Shown piece by piece: positions 59,601-64,000 of a DNA stretch of 64,000 nt. Within the stretch, counting starts at the first letter, position 1. The number at the start of each line of letters is the position of its first letter. The stretch is from Fistulifera solaris (lineage: Eukaryota). Position numbers and translations under genes: made by a program. The stretch covers positions 558,001-622,000 of the forward strand of contig AP026167.1 of NCBI GenBank assembly GCA_030295235.1, given 5' to 3'. Below the pieces are notes generated by a model. It worked only from the letters and a program-made list of their open reading frames with translations. It searched no databases and was not told where the DNA came from.

Positions 59601-61420
59601 AGACACAAAACCGCATCCCCAAGTACTTCATCAAGCTAAACAAGACTATAAAGCCAGGGGAAACGGTGGAATTGCTCACCGATTACAAAAAAACAGTACG
59701 AAGGAATACGTGTCCGAAAAGGCTACGGGTTGAAGAATATTCATCGGGACGACAAATCGGACAAGGACCCTGCGACAAGATTGAATCGAAACATCGACCT
59801 CAGATCCACAATTGAGAAACTTTGTTCGACACTTTCTTTGCCAGAATTGACTCGTGTTTTGAACTACGTCTCGAAAAAGGTCTGGGTACCATTTTGTGAG
59901 CTACTCAGGATTAATGCAACAGAGTTTCCAGAGGGGGCTTGTCTTTTAAGTCCTATCCAATGGGTAGCCTTCTTGCGGATCATCTGGTTTCAAAACCAAG
60001 CTAGAACGAGACTGGGTCATCTTGTCAAGGCACTTGATAAAGGGTCAATGACAAACTTGTTTTGTGGAGAATTTATCAGAGAATGCTCCACGTCGCTGGA
60101 TAGTATACGTTTTCCGAGCGATGTTTCACTTTTCGATTTTCTCAATCAGGTCGAAATGAGTAGAAACTTGAAAAATGAGGTCCTCAAAGCGAGTGGCGCG
60201 ATCTCTCAAGAGCTAGTCGAACAGTTCTATTATGATTTACGCGACTGCATACGGCATCCTTTCCTTACCAACATGTGGTGCCCCCTCGGTGTAAATGTTT
60301 TGAATCGTCTTGGACGTTACTACGCCAAGTTGAAACTTAAGTATTTGGAGAGATCACAAACAGTAGACAGATCAGAGCTGGCGAAGCTTCTAATTTCAGA
60401 AGCAGCAGCCTCTTCTCTTGACATGGACATTGCAGAAACCACAGCTTTTGAATTCAGTTCGGGGACAACTTGCGAACGAATTTCCTTTGAGCTATTGCAG
60501 CGGATTTTGGGTAAAGGCAAGGTGGAAAAGTCCACGGCTTTGATCAAAACAAATGACAAGACGCCCAAGGCATTGCACGCCTTGGCGTACACATATCTAT
60601 ATGAGAAACGGAAATTCAATGCCAATGAGAATGTCGTGCTTTCTCCCCACAAGAAGTTTTTGGTTCTTTGCGCTACGAATGAAGTCGGGAGTCTAGAAAG
60701 TTTTGTAGCGGAAGTTGGATCCACGGAGTCCAATCAAGAAAGTGCAGTTTTGAATCGAACATACTACAAGATTTGGCAGATTGCACATGTTTTGATGTCT
60801 TGTGCTCGTCATCATCTTGACGAAAGTGGATGCAATCATGTCGAGAGTGAAATATCCAAGATACTGGGAATTGAACGTGACTTGATAGCCAAAACCTGCG
60901 GGAAAACAATCACAATCAACAAGTCGAGGGCGGGATATCTGTTGTATCCCGAGGTGCAGAAGATAGCTAGTGAGCAATATCGTTCTCGCGTCCGAAGAGC
61001 ACGCGAAGAGCAGAAACATGGTACCCAAAAATGTCATCTTCTACGAGACAGCCCATAAGTGCCAAGTCTTCCAAAGCTAATGGGGCTCAACCAAAGAAGC
61101 GGCCAGAAAAGAAGCCCAAGTGGAAATCCACTACTCTTCATGCGTCCACAGAGAGTGCTCGTCCTCCTGCGAGAGAGATATATGTGGGCCCTCCACTAAC
61201 CAAACTAGAGCATGGAGGCCGTTCCATACAATGGCCGAAGGGCTGGATTCAAAAAACCTTTCAGCGACAAACAGGAGACTCGAAAGGCCAAACGGACTAC
61301 TACTTTTATACCCCCAGTGGTAAATATAGATTACGATCGAAATTGGATGTGTTGCGGTATCTTGACAAATTGGAGGCATGCGGTGGAGATGAAAGCAAGA
61401 TTTGCCACAAATCTGCATAG
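56684..61420 (+). CDS. Large nuclear protein: acidic disordered N-terminus, 57-aa repeats, split SET-like domain, helical region, C-terminal MBD; intron 59315..59378; indels ~58530, ~58944, ~59083, ~59690, ~61028
   Basis: SET-N VDKSNIPNAGMGAF; SET-C MYVNE...IKPGETVELLTDY; MBD WPKGWIQKTFQRQTGDSKGQTDYYFYTPSGKYRLRSKLDVLRYL. Consecutive + strand ORFs abut at homopolymers. Confidence 0.7.
57830..58620 (+). repeat. Coding tandem repeat, 171-bp (57-aa) period, 3 clear + 2 degenerate units
   Basis: TTGTAAA at 57901, 58072 and 58243 (period 171); protein R(P/S)CK(G/S)TR...ID..D.DW..S.SV. Confidence 0.85.
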
Positions 61421-61444
61421 CTTAACTCAAATATTTTTGTTACT

Positions 61445-62383
61445 TCAGTCACTTTTCACCTTCGACTTTTCGTACCGTTTCAGTAAACTGTATCGCAACA
61501 ATGCCGGGCAAAGAAACCGAAGCCAGATGGCAACACGCGCGGACAATGTAGCAGCCACTGTGAAGTCTACGCTTCCCGCCGCGACTTTGGTCAATATTTC
61601 CTTCGCCACGTCGTTCGCGTCGGCTCCGGCGGCAGTCGTGGCATCAGTGATACCATACGTCTTTCCAGATCCTGTGATGGCTGATTGAGATAAGTTCGTA
61701 TTGATGTAACCAGGACTAATGCAATGGACTGAAATCTGCTGGTCCAGGGCAAGTTCCGCCCGGATGGATTCGCAATAACCTTGCACGGCAAATTTTGATG
61801 CCGCATAACTACTCCGGTTGGGTAGGCCCATGAGTCCTTGTACACTGCTGATCCAAATAATACGGGATCCTTGTGGCATCTTGGGTACAAAGGCTTTGCA
61901 CAGAGCCGCTCCGGAAAAGAAATTGATTTGCATGAGCTGCTGATCGACTTCGAGCGTAGTATCCAAGAATCGTGATCGACTCGAAACCCCACCGCAGTGT
62001 ATGAACAAGTCGATGGAAGCCACTTTTGCGAGTGTTTGCTTTGTCAATAGATTGACACTCTCTGGCTGGGAAAGATCGGCGGTGATGCAGTGAACGGTTA
62101 TCGACTGACATCGATCTTGACACTCGCGTTGCACCTCTTCTAACCGTTCCTGGCTGCGTGCGGACAAAATCAAAGTCGACGCACCGCATTCGGCCAAAGC
62201 CAAGGCCAGTGACTTTCCCAGACCACTTGAAGCACCCGTAATAACGCAGGTCTGGCCTGCAAAGGCTTGTTGGGATGTTGCCATTTGAAGATTCGACGTA
62301 ACTCGTGACGGCAAAGAACGAGGTGCGAAAGCGTAGACCGATGGAACCACAATGAAAAAGACCAGCCAGCGTAGGCTTGTCAT
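61445..62383 (-). CDS. Classical short-chain dehydrogenase/reductase (DHRS7-like) with bipartite plastid leader
   Basis: TGASSGLG, ISSVQG, YAASK, ISPGYINT; leader MTSLRWLVFFIVVPSVYAFAP. Confidence 0.92.
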   Translation of the reverse strand: MTSLRWLVFFIVVPSVYAFAPRSLPSRVTSNLQMATSQQAFAGQTCVITGASSGLGKSLALALAECGASTLILSARSQERLEEVQRECQDRCQSITVHCITADLSQPESVNLLTKQTLAKVASIDLFIHCGGVSSRSRFLDTTLEVDQQLMQINFFSGAALCKAFVPKMPQGSRIIWISSVQGLMGLPNRSSYAASKFAVQGYCESIRAELALDQQISVHCISPGYINTNLSQSAITGSGKTYGITDATTAAGADANDVAKEILTKVAAGSVDFTVAATLSARVAIWLRFLCPALLRYSLLKRYEKSKVKSD

Positions 62384-62479
62384 GTAAAAGTGAACTATGT
62401 GTTCCACGCAGAGATCTACAATTACGCCTTCAAACAAGGCTTCTTTTCATCATACAGCACCATACCAGGTAGAAAGAGT

Positions 62480-63046
62480 GAACAAGAAAAAGACGCCTAA
62501 CAGATGGAATGTTTTCGAAAGTCTACGTGAGATTCACGTAGACCTCAGTAGCGAAATTTATCAACGTAGGGAAACCCGGATATAGTAGAACTAGTTTGCA
62601 TTCGACATCATCCAGTTTTCGGGTATGTATGATAACAATGCCATAAAACCATGAACCAATATCGATATCTTGCAATTCTAACAGTTTCCACAATGAATAC
62701 GAAAGCAAAACGAAAGAAAGACTGAAGATACAACGCTTCAAAAGTCTACGTGAAATTCACGTTGGCCTCGTAGGAATTTTATCGATGCAGGTAGCCACCA
62801 ATGCTCCTATCGAATTCGACCTCTTCGATTCTCGGGTCAGACAGCAACCAATTTCATCGTAACATTCCTCAACATAGGTGCACATAACCACTGAGCAAGA
62901 ATTGACACTCATTGGAACACCGAACATAAAAAAAGACGACAGATGCAATGTGGCGGATGTTTTCGTGGTGATTATCACGTAGGCCCCGTGGGGAAATTTA
63001 TCAACGGACGGGGCACCCGGATATTGTGTTAGGCGACATCATCCAG
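62480..63046. repeat. Three degenerate ~222-bp-spaced units containing a GTCTACGTGA-GAT-TCACGTAGAC hairpin
   Basis: Cores at 62521, 62744 and ~62965. Shared TCACGT.G.C...ATTTATC. Units 1 and 3 also share ACCCGGATAT and CGACATCATCCAG. Confidence 0.7.
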
Positions 63047-63425
63047 AGAAACATGCTTTTATTTTCGTATCAAGATTTATCAAGAGAAAGTAAGCATACA
63101 CTTATTATTTAGCGAATAAGAGAAAAGAGCGATATATTCGGCATTTCTCTTGGCACCCCGTAATGAAGGTTTTAGAGGAATATTGAGATCAGTCGCCTCC
63201 TTAGTTATTCTCAGTTGTCCATCGGTAGAATGAAGTTGCATGATAAATTTGTGGACTTCTAAACGGATTGGAATTTGTATGATAAGGCGATGTCAAAATC
63301 GCTAGCTTTCGTGTGTCTCTAGTGTCAAAAGTGCACGAGTCCCACTCAAGTAGCTCTCATCTTTACTGCCATTCTTCGTTCGTTTCGTTAATCAGCTGCT
63401 TCCACTTGCATCTTTCATTATTTCC

Positions 63426-64000
63426 TCATCCATTCAATTTGAGCAAAACGCCCACCGGTATATGATCCGACGGTACTTGTTCGTTGGGCCAGGACTGTGG
63501 AGGATACGTCCCGTCGCCACGACGCACAACATTGCCGTATTTCCATCGATCTTCGACCCGCAAGACCGGCGATACCCAAATATAATCGAGGATCGAACCC
63601 CCGGCAAACGTAGGTTGTTGTTGAGATGCTTGTGTGTCGATGAGCGGCAATAGTTGCTGCGCCCACGACGGTGCTTCGAGCCAAATCTTTTGATGATCCC
63701 AGGGCAGCACCTGCGGTATTCGCCCCGTGGCCAAAATTTGGTAAATTGGATGAGCCGCTGCTTCCCACAGATTGAAATCTCCCGTTAGTATCAGAGGAGC
63801 GGATTGATGTCGTTCGCTTTGATGGTAGTGCACCCTCTGTAAGAGTGATTTGAGTTGATTGAAGCGCGTTTCATCTTTATCAGCTCCCGCTTCCAAATGC
63901 ACACAAGCTACATACCACGGCTGAGCCGAAGTCCGGTGCTCCAAAATACACAACAACGCTCGTGATCGTGATTCCGTATGTAAGACCTTCCAGTGTGCGT
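63426..64000 (-). CDS. 5'-partial endonuclease/exonuclease/phosphatase (CCR4/nocturnin/Angel-like)
   Basis: CVHLEA, LILTGDFN, PTF...ILDYIW, PSDHIPV. Confidence 0.85.
   Translation of the reverse strand, partial: AHWKVLHTESRSRALLCILEHRTSAQPWYVACVHLEAGADKDETRFNQLKSLLQRVHYHQSERHQSAPLILTGDFNLWEAAAHPIYQILATGRIPQVLPWDHQKIWLEAPSWAQQLLPLIDTQASQQQPTFAGGSILDYIWVSPVLRVEDRWKYGNVVRRGDGTYPPQSWPNEQVPSDHIPVGVLLKLNG

Noticed and set aside
1..64000. Autonomous transposon, rRNA or telomeric repeats
   Set aside because: No RT, integrase, transposase or Rep/helicase motifs, LTR pairs, rRNA signatures or TTAGGG arrays were seen.

Overview
Gene-dense eukaryotic genomic DNA, most likely from a pennate diatom. The basis is short GT-AG introns, bipartite 'xxAF' plastid-targeting leaders, a class-29 myosin and Phaeodactylum-like gene content. 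About 24 protein-coding genes can be reconstructed: two GH5 exo-beta-1,3-glucanases, a bacterial-type NAD+-dependent DNA ligase, myosin-29 (motor-IQ-UVR repeats-12 CBS-PB1-TM), a TPR protein, a riboflavin enzyme with reversed domain order (GCH-II then DHBP synthase), a small Cys-rich spliced gene only partly seen in the ORF track, an eIF4G-like protein, a PH protein, a CDPK, a PhyH dioxygenase, a voltage-sensor/K+-channel-type adenylyl cyclase, several membrane proteins, a J-like protein, a thermonuclease-Ada fusion, a degenerate cyclophilin, an actinobacterial-type 'DNA glycosylase' homologue, DNA ligase IV, REX4, NUF2, a split-SET+MBD protein, an SDR and a partial EEP. Many genes are broken by 1-nt indels in homopolymers, which look like long-read consensus errors rather than pseudogenes. 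No rRNA, tRNA, CRISPR array or transposase was seen. The most interesting points are the channel-type cyclase with an IQ motif and lost catalytic Asn/Arg, the putatively plastid-targeted LigA, the acylated SNase-Ada fusion, the SET+MBD protein, a near-identical 780-bp internal duplication in the myosin tail, and two intergenic hairpin-repeat arrays flanked by TACCWGGTA palindromes. All domain calls come from motif recognition by eye; no searches were run.
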